Shown piece by piece: positions 1 to 14,084 of a stretch of DNA of 64,000 nucleotides. Origin of the DNA: Lytechinus pictus (lineage: Eukaryota). The translations under genes and the position numbers were made by a program. Numbering within the stretch: the stretch's first letter is position 1; each line of letters begins with the position of its first letter. Under the pieces are notes generated by a model. The model had not been told where the DNA came from. It saw nothing but the letters and a program-made list of their open reading frames with translations, and ran no database searches. The stretch spans positions 7,194,001-7,258,000 of the forward strand of contig NC_087245.1 of the NCBI RefSeq assembly GCF_037042905.1, given 5' to 3'.

Positions 1-591
1 CCAGAGTCCTCCAAGAAAAATCAACATAATATGGTTAGAGGCAACCAAAAAGATTAAAATCTTTTTTTAGGCAGGTGCCCCTTTGAAAGTATTAGATTTA
101 ACATGGACGATTGGTTCCAATCAGTGGACATTTTTTTATCTGTATTTGTTTTTTGTATGTTTAATCGGGGTACTGGGAACGATTTTTTTGTTGTTGCTTG
201 CTTGGGGTCCGAAATTTGACAAGCAAAAAATAAAGGGTTTCACTGCAAAATGAAGGTCGGTTTGGTCTCAAGTAATATGACAAGCAAAAAAAGCAATTTT
301 CCTCATATATATTTGATTGATTGATCATTTATTCCATTCTCATAAAAACATATTTACACAATTATTACAAACAATGCATATGTATATACAAATATTAAAA
401 TCGAAACAATAATGCATAAAAAATGTTCATCATTTACAAAGATTAATAATGGAAAAGGAGAACCTTTGGAAAAGCCTGATATGGCTTTGCAAATTAAAAG
501 TTCTCACAAAAATAGGTATAATTTACATTAATATCTTAGAACATAGATTATACATCAGAAAGTTAAGAGAAAAAAATACAACAAACGAGAC

Positions 592-631
<40 letters not shown>

Positions 632-1074
632 AACAACATATTTATCCAATGTGCCACATCTTCTAGAATTTCAGGTGGTGCTGCCTATGGAGAGTTGCTT
701 CAGCACCGCCTCACAGGGCCATGTGTTTAATAGTATTTAAATGAATCACTATCAGTGGCATACAGTGGGTCACGGCATGGGGGGGCCACGAGCAAAAATT
801 TTGAATCACCACATACTGAGCGCACTTCGCGCACTGTAGCTGAAAAGAAACACTTTAAGGACTGTTGGTAGAAATCCTTGAAAATGATATAAATACCACT
901 AATCAAAATAACACAAGCGCGAAGCGCGAGCTGATTTTTTTATATTCATACCTGAAAACGAAACATTATTTGTAACCAAATTGTTGTAATTTTTTTGTTA
1001 TCATGCTACGTACGTGTCTTGCTAAGCAGAGGAATGACTTGAAATTATTGTACATATTGATAAAAAAGGACATC

Positions 1075-1615
1075 TTAAAGGTCAAGTCCACCACAGGAAA
1101 TTGTTGATTTGAATAAATAGAGAAAATCAAACTGGCATAAAGCTGAACATATCATCAAAATCGGATGTAAAATAAGAAAGTTATGACATTTTAAAGTTTC
1201 ACTTATTTTCAAAAAACATGCAGTGTTATGCACAACTCAGTGACATGCGTATGAGACAGTCGATGATGTCCCTCACTCACTATTTTGTTTGTTTTTTATT
1301 CTTTGAATAATACAATATTTCATTTTTTACAAATTTGACAATATGGACCAACTTGACTGAACCATATAGTATTAAGCTATGCTAATTCCATATGTTCAGG
1401 GAGGAATTATTGTTGTTTCACTTGACAATATTTCATATAATAAAATACAAAAGAAATAGCGAATAGATGATGTCATCAGTCTACTCATTTGCATGCCGAC
1501 CCGGATGTGCATATAACTGTTTTTGTAAAATTAAGCGAAAGTTTAAAGTGTCATAATTTTAGTTTACATCCGATTTTGATGAAATTTTCAGTGTTATTTG
1601 TTGGATTTATGCACG
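1075..1615. mobile_element. TTAA-flanked palindromic MITE (Kolobok-like termini), right end truncated
   Basis: Starts TTAA-AGGTCAAGTCCACC. Internal inverted arms (catcaaaatcggatgtaaa / tttacatccgattttgatg). Same family at ~51710-52657, which ends GGTGGACTTGACCT-TTAA. Confidence 0.65.
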
Positions 1616-2449
1616 TTTTATGCACGATAACTGCACATTGTATCTTTATGCACGATAACTGCACAAGAACGTTTGTATCGTCTCGAACCTAACCATTTGT
1701 ACTAACTTTGAATCAGACCTCAACTTGAGTATGTTTCATGTGCATGGATGCTGTAAGAGGGACACACACGCACCACGCACACTGCACCTAGCACACTGTA
1801 TATAGTGCACCAAGAATACCACCACAGGATCACCACATCACCTGAAGCACTGGCAGCACCTGACACAGTACAACCCTCTCCAGGACAGCGTGTACGCTTT
1901 TGGGGAGAGTACTTCTTCAAGGTTCAAGGAATTTCGAAAATCGGATGAAGGAGATCATTTCGTCAACAGACATCACACAGCCTTAACTGGTATTGGGGGG
2001 GGGGGGGCCTAAGTAGCTGAGAAACATGATCAATGTACCGATCCAGGCTTGGCCAGAAAATACATCTAAAGTGGTTAAGTGATTTGTCATGACAGTCTGT
2101 TGTGATTCTCCCAAAATTGCGCAAATAATGCAGCGTTATACCTTCTTTTTACCTAATTTTTTTAAGTACAGAAAAAGTTATATAAAAAATTACCGCAAAT
2201 TATGCTGGCGCAAATATTCACTAATGAATGATACGCGCCGTATAAGCTAAACAACAACAACAACATTATCAACCATACTTCTTATCGATTTTAACATAAA
2301 CAAACCGCTACTACATATCTTCTGTATGTTTTGAATGTGTTTTCCCCATGACGATTTTTCATCTAGAATTACTCCTAAGTTTGTACTGGGTAACTTTTGT
2401 GGGGGGGGGGGGGTAACATCAATGTTAATATAAGTGATTTTTCTTTAAA

Positions 2450-4560
2450 CAATTTTAATCGATTTCTAGTTCCTTGAACAATATATTTTTTAGATCAGAG
2501 AATTTATTTTGCAAATTTTTAAGATCTAAAGGCAAATCATTTATATGCAAAATGAAAAGAAGAGGCCCTAGGGTGGACCCTTAAGGGATTTCAGATTTAA
2601 TGGGTAATAGATCAGATGATGTACCATGAACTGTCGTTTGCTCATACATTCCATATAGATAACTTTAAACCAATCAATATTGAGTGATCCCCAATTCCAT
2701 ATTGTTTTAATTTTTGAATAAGCAATTCAAAATCAACCGTGCCGAAGGCTTTCTTTTTTTTTAGTCTAACATGACAGAGCATACTACCTTGCCTTTATCA
2801 AAACTTTTTAATAATTCATTTGTTCTATTGAGCATGCGGTTGCTGCAGAATGCAATTGCCGAAAGCCAGATTGGTAGTCATTATTTTGTTCCTGTCCAAG
2901 TATTCATACATATTATCGATCAAACACTATAATACGTTCTAGCATTTTAGATAACATCGGTAATATTGAAATTGGTCTGAAATTAGAAGATTAATTTGTA
3001 CCGCCTTCAATGTGAGGCACTAACTCTTGCCCCTTTCCACTCCGTAGCTAGGTACACATGCAGCAGAAAGTAGACATTTATAACATGTGCGAAGGGTTCA
3101 GCTATACATGGTATCGCTATCTTTATGAGCTTCATTGGTATCATATCACATCTCATCGCTTTGCCGCTAGAATTTTTTTATATTTTCGCTTATAGTTACT
3201 GGGACAAGTTGAAAGATATAGACTGACGAGTGCGGGTGAATTTGCATGGCGTTATTATTTTCATTTGTACTGTATCGGCAAGTTTAGGACATACCTTTAT
3301 GAAAAGAAAAATCGTTCATTGTCTGTGAAATTGTTTTAGGGTCATTAATTTCTTTCTTGGTATCAATATGTTGGGATTTTTCCATGTTTTCTTTACATTC
3401 CCTTTGAATATTGAATTTTCTTTTGGAATGTTTTACGTTTGTGCTGTTTTATTTCATAATTCACATAATTTTTATTTGCACGAGTACGCATTCAAGTCGC
3501 TTTATCTTGCAATTGTCTCGTTTACGAATTAGGTCAATAATTTCAGCATTTATTCAAGGTTTTCGGTGTTTCTTGATTCGACTGCTCGCAATAAGGGCAT
3601 AAACATTACACAATGAAGAAAATATTGCTTGGAATTGATGAAGAGAATGATTAACATCATTGCATGTAAATACACTTTGCCAATCGATGGCTTGTAGGTC
3701 AAAGGAGAAAAGATTTTCATCGAAAGGTTCTGTAAACATGCCTAGGAGATGACTTGTACCATTCGAAATAAGTGAATGGTCGCTCATTCCTAAGTGAAGT
3801 AAGCCACTTTCGACAACTTTCATACAGTTAGAGGTATAAATCAAATTCATGATGTAGACGAATTTAGGGTTACCCCTGTTGGTTCTTCTATCATTTTGAG
3901 TAAGAGAATAAGTCTGGCAATTATCAAGTAATCGTTTTTTATAACAAGACAATGGATTTCCATTGATATCACAGTTCTAAAATCATAAAAATAAGACATT
4001 CTTTGCTCTTCATCAGTTTTTGACAGAATGTTCTCAATGACATTAAAAAATCAGTGCTTGATCCAGGTGGTCTATACCATGCCAAAACGATTATAAACAA
4101 TGGAGTTTGTTGTTTTACTTCTAATGCTACAAGTTCAATATCCTTGAGCTTGAGCTTATTTTCATTGACAAAAAGTCATCCACCTTTTTTATTGCGCTTT
4201 TTTCTATGAATACGAAAGTCTTGAATAAATAACTGTTCATAATTTATATCACTGCTTAATCTACTTTCATAAAATGCAATTTAAGATCTTCAATCATAAG
4301 TTGGAGAGTGTCGATGTTCTTAATAAAGTTCTTATATTTAATTATGCTATCCTAAAGCCATGTTTCTTCTCATTTATATGACATGGTATTCCAGTCTGAC
4401 ATTGGTTCAGAGATTCCATCATCGGATTCGCAATAATGACTTGGAAATGACCCATTATTCAAATCTTCCACAGGATCATTTTGAGTAATGTCTTAAACGG
4501 AATCAATCTAAATGGGTTTTTGATCTAATACAAGAGTGGATTCATTCATTTGTGTTGAAC
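2450..4560 (-). mobile_element. Decayed CR1/L2-group LINE ORF2 (APE endonuclease + reverse transcriptase)
   Basis: Minus-strand motifs in the expected order: GFRIA*LNIRTL (~4350), WYRPPGS (~4070), SDHSLI (~3780), NFRPISILPMLSKMLERI (~2935-2985), KAFGTVD (~2745), IP*GSTLGPLLFILHINDLP (~2530-2590). Contains stops and frameshifts. Confidence 0.9.
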
Positions 4561-6529
4561 TATTATACAAGTGATGACTTTTTTCTTTTCTATTTTTTTT
4601 GCTTACTTGCTTGTCAGATTTTAAGTGGACAAATTAACCTTCATTTTTTTTTTGAAAAACTTTTTTTTGGTTTGTCAAATTTTCATCGGGAAAGTATGAC
4701 CCCCCTTTTTTTGAAAATCCGCCAAAAAAAATTGCTCTTGTGATTTCAAATCCCACCCCCCCCCCCTCCTGCAAAATACGAGATACGCGCCTGGAAACTG
4801 CTTCCTTCTGGCCATGATAGGCCCCCTTAGGCCGCAATCTCTTTCTCGCTAAGTGATCTGAAGCGCCTATAGACTCCATATATACGGCGAAGAATATAGT
4901 TGCGAGCAGTATACTGAATAAATCAGTGGATTGCAGTGAGCCTCGGTCCCGGGGCTCTCATCATTCTATCGATAGCCGCTTCAATGTCGACACTCAACAA
5001 CTTTTCAATGAAAAAAAGTAAGACACATTCTTCTTTTTCATGGGTGAATGACCGCAAATGGAATAAAGAAGGCAGTAATCTCCACAGATCAATAATTTAG
5101 AGAAGAGAATAATACAGAGTTGGGTGTGGTCACTGATACGTGTACTTGAAGAACTAGTACATACGGATTTTATTTTGTCCACAACATATGAGAATATGAT
5201 AAGTTACATTCATTGATTAAATCAACACCTCTATACAAACAACAAAGATTATACCTTTCAGGATATTACATTAAACGTATATATTAGACAGCTGAAATCG
5301 TTTGTTATTAGGATTTTTTTATTTGTTAACTTTCCCATACTCTTATGTGAGGAGGTATAACATTATTAAAGCAAGACGTAGTCCAGCGGAACAGCCGCCG
5401 TAATGGAGACTGACGCTTTTTCTATATGCAACTGATCTACCAAATTTTTTTAATAGCAAGTAGCAAATAAACACCAACAATGGTGCATATGAAAAAAAAA
5501 TCAATAAATGTAGAGACCGTTTGATGTTCTTTGGTATAGTTTAACAAACAAAATGTAATAAATTATAAGAAAAAAAATTTAGTTCAAGACTCACTGGAGA
5601 TAAATATATCGCGTCATGAATACCCCAAATCCCATTGTCGATAGTGTACTAATACTAGCTCGACTACTTTATAACTTTTACTGGGATTGGATAGAAAATT
5701 GGCAGTTAAAATATATGTGACAATGGCTTAAAAATCCACGTGAAAGGCGTATCACTCATACTTGTAATACCCATGTAAGATCAATACAAGCCATAGCAAG
5801 TGATATAAAAGACAAGTACCTTTGTGAGAAAATCGATAACACGATCGATATTAAAGAGAATGAACGCGCTGCATCTGAGATGGGTATTGGTCTTTCCGTT
5901 CGCTTTGCATTGGTTCATTTAACATGTTCAATGATTTCAATTACTTTTCTGTGATTTTCAGTAGGTGACTTTGCGTGGTAAAGAAAAAAGGGGATGATTG
6001 CACGAAAAGGTCTTTTCAACGATTGTCTTTCGTGCCGCCCATTTTATATTGTGACCCGCTGTGTGACGGGTATTCTAAGAAGTTTATTATATATAAACAC
6101 TTAACACTTTTGAGCTCACTTTAAACCGAATTTTATATGATTGTTTAATACAACGTCTTTAAAAAATGGATTTCGTTCACTTAACATGCTTAATGGACGA
6201 ATAAAATATGTTTGTAGGAAATTTGATAAAAAGGCTTCTCATACGGCGCATCATAAAAAAATTAAAAAACACGAAAGTCAGTCCTTTGGAAAGACCCTCT
6301 CGTGCAATCGGCCCTGTGTATCTGTAAAAAAATATATATGTAAGTCGCCCAGTCCTCGCAGAAATACTGTCGAGTCCTTGATTTGCCATGACCATGACCA
6401 TGACCATGATGAAAAAATTATTTATTATAATGAATCATAGTATGGAACAGTATCGAGCTCGATCCTCCACTCTTTAAAAGATAAACCGTTTTTACCGTAT
6501 TTGTAATCATGATACGAACCTATCTCACT

Positions 6530-7020
6530 AAACAAACAATGCGAGCGCGAAGCGCGAGCTGAAATTTTAATATATATTGACCCCAAAACGGGGACATTTA
6601 AAAAACTATTTCTAATTCTAATTCATGAACAGCATACATATCTTGCCATAGTCATCTAATGCGAGCCCAACAGCGTGCTGATTATTTGTAGAATTACACC
6701 ATAACACATGAAGCACTTTTTGTTGTAATTGGAAACGTATCTCACTAATCAAATATAGCGAGCACGATCTGAAAATTTCTTATATTCAGACCTGAAGAGG
6801 GGTATATTCTAAGGCTTTTTGTAGGAATTCATTAAGACCGTACGTATTTCACTAACCAAATGATGCGAGCGCGAAGCGCGAGCTGAACATTTTTGATATT
6901 CAGACCAGGAAAAGGGACATTTTAAGGACTGTTTTTAGGAATTCATGAAGAGCAGACATACATCACCAATCGACTAATGCAAACGTAAGCACGGACTGGA
7001 AATGTTTGATATTCAGGCCT
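6530..7020 (+). repeat. ~105-110 bp degenerate tandem units carrying the GCGAGCGCGAAGCGCGAGC motif (internal part of a DNA element)
   Basis: Motif or variants at ~6541, 6661, 6758, 6866, each followed by a similar AT-rich spacer. Confidence 0.7.
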
Positions 7021-7546
7021 TAAAAGGCAGTGGCGTAACTACGGGGGGACACGTACCCCCCCCCCCCCCCCATCGGCTGGCCAAAAAAAAACATGGGAAA
7101 AGGAAAAAAAGGGAGAAAGAAAGAAAAACGTAGTGGGGGAGAAGAAATTATTGTACATTATAAGAAATGTTTTTTCATAACGTTATAAATCATAATTAGC
7201 TTTATAGGGCCCATGCGTTCATCACTCCTGATGCTCGTATTGTCTTTTAATGAGGTACTACATATTCCTGTTCAAGGGGATTAAATGGTACTTAAAGATC
7301 TTGTTTTCAAGTCAATATACACCAAATATGTATTTCCTCGCATTTCGACTTTTTATTATTACGTAGTTACATGCTTCTTTTTCATGACTACGTAAAGTAG
7401 AAATTGTGAAATCTCCTTTTTGGTGCAAATTGTAACAAAATTAGGGTGCACCATAATTATGCAGATGAACTGAATGCTTATTTCACATCATGTTTGCTTT
7501 ATGTTTGCTCATGTGAAAAGGCCCTCCCCCTCCGTTAAACTAACAT

Positions 7547-8188
7547 TTTTGTCTCACCTGCATAGCAGAGTGAGACTATAGGCGCCGCTTATATCAAATC
7601 TGCCTGAGTTTCAAGTCACATGACTTAGGTCAAAGCTCATTTAGGGTCAATGAACTTTGGCCAAGTTGGGGGTATTTGTTGAATCATAACTTTGAAAGTT
7701 TATGAGTCTGATTCATAAAACTTGGACATAAGAGTTATCAAGTATCATTGAACATCCTGTGCGTGTTTCTGGTCACATGGCCAAGGTCAAAGATCATTTA
7801 AGGCCAATGAACTTTGGCCAAGTTGGGGGTATTTTTGAATTACCTTCATAACTTTGAAAGTTTATGGATCTGATTCATAAAACTTGGACATAAGAGTAAT
7901 CAATGAACATCCTGTGTTGGCGGTAATTATTAAATTGCTGTCATAACTTTCAAAGTTTATGGATATATTTTATGAATTGTGGACATAGGGGTAATCAAGT
8001 ATCACTGACAAGTATAGCTCACATGATCAAGGTCAAATTTCATTTAGGGTCAATGAACGTAATATTGTATCATTATATATGAATGGTGTTTTTGTGAATA
8101 ATTATTTTATAGTAGTTTTCAAAGTCAGCACTGCTGCTATATTGAATCGCGTAATGCAGTCGAGACTACCAGAGGCACTCCACTTGTT
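7547..8188 (+). mobile_element. Non-autonomous Helentron/HINE-like element with internal ~150-bp tandem array
   Basis: Starts in a T-run with GTCTCACCTGCAT and a nearby inverted copy (GAGTGAGAC). Internal aggtcaa/aactttggccaag repeats. 3' subterminal inverted copy ATGCAGTCGAGAC, then a short stem-loop and CTTGTT. Confidence 0.7.
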
Positions 8189-8369
8189 TAAATATTAATG
8201 CAAATTTTCGTATTCAATTTTATGGTATGATTGCTTTATTTTGCTATCATTCTTTTCTGTCTTGTTAATATTCATTTCAGCCGGGTTCATGGACCTGGTT
8301 TTGATTGCTATTTCTACATTGTTTGATTTTGTTGATTTTTTTACACTGTTTTTTTTGGTGAAAAAAAAA

Positions 8370-8510
8370 TGATTTGATGGTGATGATAATGATGATGATG
8401 ATGGTGATGTTATCATAATTATTATTATTATTATTATTATTAGTATCATCATCATTATTATTATTGTTATTATTATTACTGTTATTATTATCAATGTCAT
8501 TATCATCATT
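8370..8510. repeat. (GAT)n/(ATT)n trinucleotide microsatellite
   Basis: Directly visible; explains the poly-Ile ORF 8195..8509. Confidence 0.9.
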
Positions 8511-9099
8511 GTATTTTTTTATTATGCATCGTCTGCGTGATGATTATATTCGTATGAAGAAAAGACCTACATGTACATTACAATATATATAATGAAAATA
8601 GCTGATGATTGAAGTTGCCGAGAGACTTCCTGATAGGCGTATATAATGCGGTCTGATATCACAAAGCCATCCAGAAACCAGTCTTGTTTCTCCATGAGTA
8701 AGCTTCAGCCATCAGGAGACCTTGGTTTTTAAATACGCGAAGGTGCGATACATCTCAAAGATTACCACATTCCTGTTACCTTTTCAAAGCCATTAAACCA
8801 TGACGATTTTGTTCCGTATACTTTCAAAGATGAACAAGAAAAGAAGGGGGTCTTCTGTCCCATTGAATGAATTTAAGAGAATCCCCTACCCTTATAATTG
8901 CCCAAAGAGGTTGGTCTGGGTATTCCGTTCTAGATACATCCAAGAGGAATACCTTACGCTTGTTTAGAACATGGGGAGGGGTGATTATATGCATTTACAA
9001 TAAGTATATATAACGCATTAAGGGTGTATTATAAAACATATAATAGTTATGGTCGTGCGTATGTCCAGAAATAACACTGAATACTTTTTATGTGCTGTA

Positions 9100-10138
9100 C
9101 AGCGCGTCCCAAAAAAATGTCCCTCTGACATAGGACTGAATTAATTCTAAAATGTGGTAGTATTCTCAAATAAATGTTTAATGATTAGAAAGCTCATTTC
9201 ATGATCTAACTTCTATGAAAATTTCATTGGTCTCGCTTCAGGGGTTTTGAATACACACTCTGTTACGTAACAGTGGTGCATTTTAGCCCATTCCGAGTTT
9301 GCAGCATTGATGCATATCTGCATTGTCTATGGCATGTTAACCCCCCATTTTTACATCCAGGATCTGAGCATGGACATTTCCCTAATCATATTCAGGCTCA
9401 TCAAATTATAAACCTGGGGATGTTCAGAAGGGCAAGAAATATAAAAAATCAATTTTTTTTATGATTGATAAAGGGAATCAGTGCACCAACTTGAAAGAAA
9501 ATGTGAATGATGGATGAGTAAAATAAGCTCAAAAATAAAGGGGAATTCGCAAGTTAAACACCCTTTGCGAAAAAGGAACTTTACCAGAGAAAAATTTGAC
9601 TTTTTTTCTTTTAAAAAGTTACATTGAATTAACTTGACCACAGTAGCTTATTAATAAAAAAAAACATTAATAAAAACAAAATGCAGTATAAGACATGAAT
9701 TAGGCATGAAACAGACATGACCCGTTGTCTTAATCATTGTGCATCTCCCTTTTTCAAACATGAAATGAGCTGTCAAATATTGTTTTTGCCCTTCAAAACA
9801 TGCTCAAGGTTGTGATTTGATGAGCCTGGTTAGATCATGGAGATTTCCCTGGTCAGATCAGCGAATTCCTTGGTCAGAATGGTCAAAGGGGGTTGATATG
9901 CTAGAAAGTGCAGAACACACAGTAGTGCTGCATGCATGCAAACTTGGAATGGGCTGAAAAGCACCACTTTTACATAATAGACTGTGTATTCAAAACCACT
10001 GAAGCGAGACCAATGACATTTTTATAGAAGTTAGAACATGAGATGAGCTTCCTAGTTAAATACATTTCGTTGAGAATAATTTTTATTTTTTGAAGTAATT
10101 TAGCCCCATATAAGAGGGACATTTTTTGGGACGCGCTG
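9100..10138. mobile_element. Tc1/mariner-like MITE
   Basis: TA-CAGCGCGTCCCAAAAAAATGTCCCTCT ... AGAGGGACATTTTTTGGGACGCGCTG-TA, with long imperfect inverted arms. Confidence 0.85.
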
Positions 10139-10547
10139 TATCTACTCACAAATCAGCCAATATGGCGAGTTCAAACAGGGACATGGGGGGACATGGATGG
10201 ACTGTGGCAAAAGCGGCAATATAATGGTGGATATGTTCGATTGTGATATAACCTTAAGTTTTTTACACTTAAACGACTTCCACCATGCCAACATCTTTTT
10301 CGAACGGTCCACTTCTTGGTCACAATTTTCTCGGTCCATTGCCACGATTGGTCAGACTACACACAGATGAAATTGAACTGTTTAAGATGTTTGTATAACG
10401 CTATTCACTCATAACCGTTGTTCAATTCTTCAACAAGAAAGTAGATATTTCATGTTCAATTTTCAATAAATTAAGCATTGTTTTTTAAATTCTGAATAAG
10501 ACGTTTAAACTGTTTTAATAACTTCTGTAAAGTTCAGAAGGTTAACA

Positions 10548-10549
<2 letters not shown>

Positions 10550-10605
<56 letters not shown>

Positions 10606-10640
10606 CATACACATAAATATATATATATATTTATATATAC
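10550..10640. repeat. (TA)n microsatellite
   Basis: Directly visible. Confidence 0.95.
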
Positions 10641-10925
10641 TGTATGTATATAAGATTTAATTGTTTATTTCTTATTATAACAGTGAAGTAAGTAACATCC
10701 TTAATGTAATGTATTTGCATTTGTTAAAATTTCACCTATGACTTCAAGAATGGTTAAAGATGAAGAGCTCTCAAATCTTTAAACTGTCATCATAGGTAAT
10801 GGAACTTTGGTGCAATACAATTATTAGCTTGATGAGCAAAATAAAAATGGGTGTGTAAAGGCCTCAAATTAAGTACAGTTGGATTTAAAATGTAAAAGTG
10901 CCTTAAAAAGATGACTGTAATTTAC

Positions 10926-10961
10926 CTTAGCTCCTGGTGATCCGTCCATACCAGTCTCTCC
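10926..10961 (-). CDS. 36-nt internal exon encoding a collagen triple-helix segment GETGMDGSPGAK (4 Gly-X-Y)
   Basis: Minus strand reads ...tccttgtctacag|GGA GAG ACT GGT ATG GAC GGA TCA CCA GGA GCT AAG|gtaaat. Canonical AG/GT, phase 0-0, length a multiple of 9, begins with a Gly codon. Confidence 0.8.
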
Positions 10962-13900
10962 CTGTAGACAAGGATTGAATAAAAATATATAATGTTGATA
11001 TGTATTGCAAACTAGCATCCCTGACTGTCAACATTTTGTTCAAGGCTAACATACATATACAGTGTACATACATTTGTTTGATATCAAATTCGTCATGATA
11101 GCACAAATACTTTATAAGACAAAGTAAATTTTAAGATGTTTGGCAAGTGTCAACTTTTCTTTGAATTTTCCGGGTTTACACTTCTGGCGTCAACTGTATA
11201 TATAAAACTTTATGCTCCATTTGAGGATTGCTGTAGAATAGTGAACTGAGGCTTTTCAAACTTTCTCATTTCGTAACCGATTTGAAGCAATTTTTGAGTA
11301 TTGCTACTCTCCTCCCTATTTTTATACCCATTGATCATGGCGATTACGAGAGATAACTTTCTTCTCATTTTAAGCGAAGGGAGTTGGGGACACGGTATCA
11401 TTACCCCACCTTTATTTGAGCTCCATGACTATACTGTCATGACTTACATTCTACATACATAGTTCTTCATTTCATTATTAATGTATTTATAGGTAGTTTA
11501 TTCATTATTCACCACTGTATTTATTCATTTATGAATTTTTTTCATCATCAATTTTTGTATTCGTTCATTTTTTCATTCATTCATTATTTCATTAATTCAC
11601 CCACTCTATATTGCAGGGATTCAAAATACATCTACACGGACAGGAATTTGGGACTCATTTCGAATTCTCGATTTAGATTGAATCATAAACAACACATTTT
11701 ATTCTCAAAGGATTGGAATTTAAATCATTAGAGATATAACAATCAAATCTTAAGGATTCAAACTAATTCCAGAATTCGATTGGTCCCTTACAACATACAG
11801 TCCATCTGGTGCTTGTTGCGTAGTATAAAAAGTCTAGCAAATTTTAAGCAATAATATTTAAATGTGTTATTTTCAATGGCAAAATTTTGTTTGCCAGGGT
11901 TTTTTTTCATTTGCTAGAGTTTTTATGGCAAAAGTTTCATGCAATAGGCCCCTGGTTTTTTTTTTAATATATATCCCTGAAATTTAGAGTGTTCATTCGT
12001 TTATTCCTTCATCATTATTTTTCAAAATTGAGAACAGCAGTTTATACTTAATTTATATATATTAATCATCTTGAAAACTCAAGCCTGACAATGATCAAGG
12101 CTATTAGAATTGAGGGACTCGTGGCACCGATTTTATGACAAGCAAAAATATGGTTATCACTGTAAAATTGGTTAAGTTTTGTCTTAAAATGTCAGCAAGA
12201 AAAACGAAAAAAGTAACGCGGTTATCACTACAAATAATCGTTCACTTTCCATCCCCCCCCCCCCGAAAAAAATCTGACAGTCGGAAGAAGAAGAGCAGGT
12301 TTTTACTCCCAACGGTTCTTTTACCATCCATATTTAGAAGAGTTTTGAATACAGCTTGAATACTAAAAGGGTTAATTAACCATTTAAAAGTCTCTCCTTG
12401 AGTTTCGACGTCCGGGTAAATTAACATTTAAGGTGGTAAGTCAATGGATCCATAGTTTTGGATATTAAAAAAACGACATTATGTAAGCAGTGACTCAAAT
12501 TTTACCCTGTATGTTCTATGTGGGCCAAGTTTTTCCATTTGGGCTCGCTTCTCGACACTTGCATAAGGCAATATGTAACACCTTCCCAAGTTAAGGTTTT
12601 GTAAGTGAAACGTTTAAAGGCATGTGGCATAGCTTAATATATCCATCTGAGAACCAAGGAGCCAGGGTATAATGGCAATAAAAAAGAATCAGGAAGCCTG
12701 TAGTCACTGAATACAACGGGAGGATCCCAGTCGATATAAAACATTTAAAAAAAACAGCGATTCTTTTGTCCATGAATAAAATTGGAATGCTTACGTTAGA
12801 CAGCATACCAGATTTTTCCAACCAGATCGACTATTATTAGAGTTCTTCAAGAAATCGAGCTACGGCTTTTGGCATCGGTAGATTATCCGTTCTTTTTTTT
12901 AGAACTATAGAAGCGTAACCCCGTTGTCCGATGATGAGTGTGTGTGTGTATGTTTGTCTTCTTCTTCATGATTGTGTCGTGAAGATAGTATCCAGGAATG
13001 GGATTTTGTGCTGTGCTTTCTTCAGACGTACTACTTGAAATGTATATGTGTAAGGGTGAAGGGGGGGTGCTCTTCAAGTATTTCAAACTCATGAATGATA
13101 GCACTTACATATCGATGCACAGAATCTATTGCACAATTTAGATTCAATTTTGATAGTTATGGCCAACATTATTTTACGACATTATTTGCATTGCATAAAG
13201 GCACATATGGGTCTACTAATTTACTGCACAAAAATCAGTTATATTTTCTGCTGACTTGGGGATGCCCGGGTCAATAAGTGGGATATTTGTTCCATAAGCT
13301 GTTGTACAATGACTAAGGTCATGTTGCATGCAAACTGTATAGACTAACATATTAACAAAATTATAATAATCATGGTAATAGTTGAACATGTCAGGTTCTT
13401 TTTTTCCTTCAAAATCAACTAGTGAAATGTATTGTAATCCTTTAGGGTAAAAAGATTTATTCAATTTGAGGTGGAAAATAAATATTCTGACCTGTCATGA
13501 TGACATAAAAAGGCTAATCAGTTTGATGGTTTGGCAAAGGAAGGCTTAAGCTTGACACCGCTATTCGAAAGAAGCCATCTATTTTTTAAACTTTTTTTTT
13601 ACAAATATAATACTGGAACTGAATTCTGACGTGCACATTCTCCACTCTCTCTACCACTCAGGAGCATTGCAGCAAGTAATGTACACAATCTTGATGTTTT
13701 TGGTGTAGATTCCGCAGGGGTCAATTATCGGCCCCTAGTTTGTATTTCATGTTAAATGAATATGATAATATTACAGAGGTCTAATATGTAAAAAAAGAAA
13801 AAGGACATGACTGTTGTATTGTTCATATGGATTTAAAAAACACCCAGGAAGAAAAAAAAATCAAATTCATGGGGACACTTTCAAGATATCTGCGACTGAA

Positions 13901-14084
13901 AACTAAAAGATTCAACATTTCTCTGAGTTCTATTGGATGAAAACCTAAACCGTGGTTCAATCATAATTGTTTAAAATTTCTTTTTCTGTTGGCGTTTTAT
14001 CCAAATGAAGACACTTCACGTCATTAAAGATCTCAATAAATTCATACAATACGTTGACTGTAGAATAAAATCTAATTTTGTTAT

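Noticed and set aside
1720..1920. GC-richer ORF as a possible second collagen exon
   Set aside because: No Gly-X-Y periodicity and no clear splice sites.
8195..8509. Hydrophobic Ile/Met-rich ORF (similarly 61679-61903)
   Set aside because: These are translations of trinucleotide microsatellites.
12300..13110. Highly decayed LINE endonuclease-region fragment (IPGY, APWF motifs); similar SDH motif near 5130
   Set aside because: Plausible, but the motifs are too short to set boundaries or assign a family.
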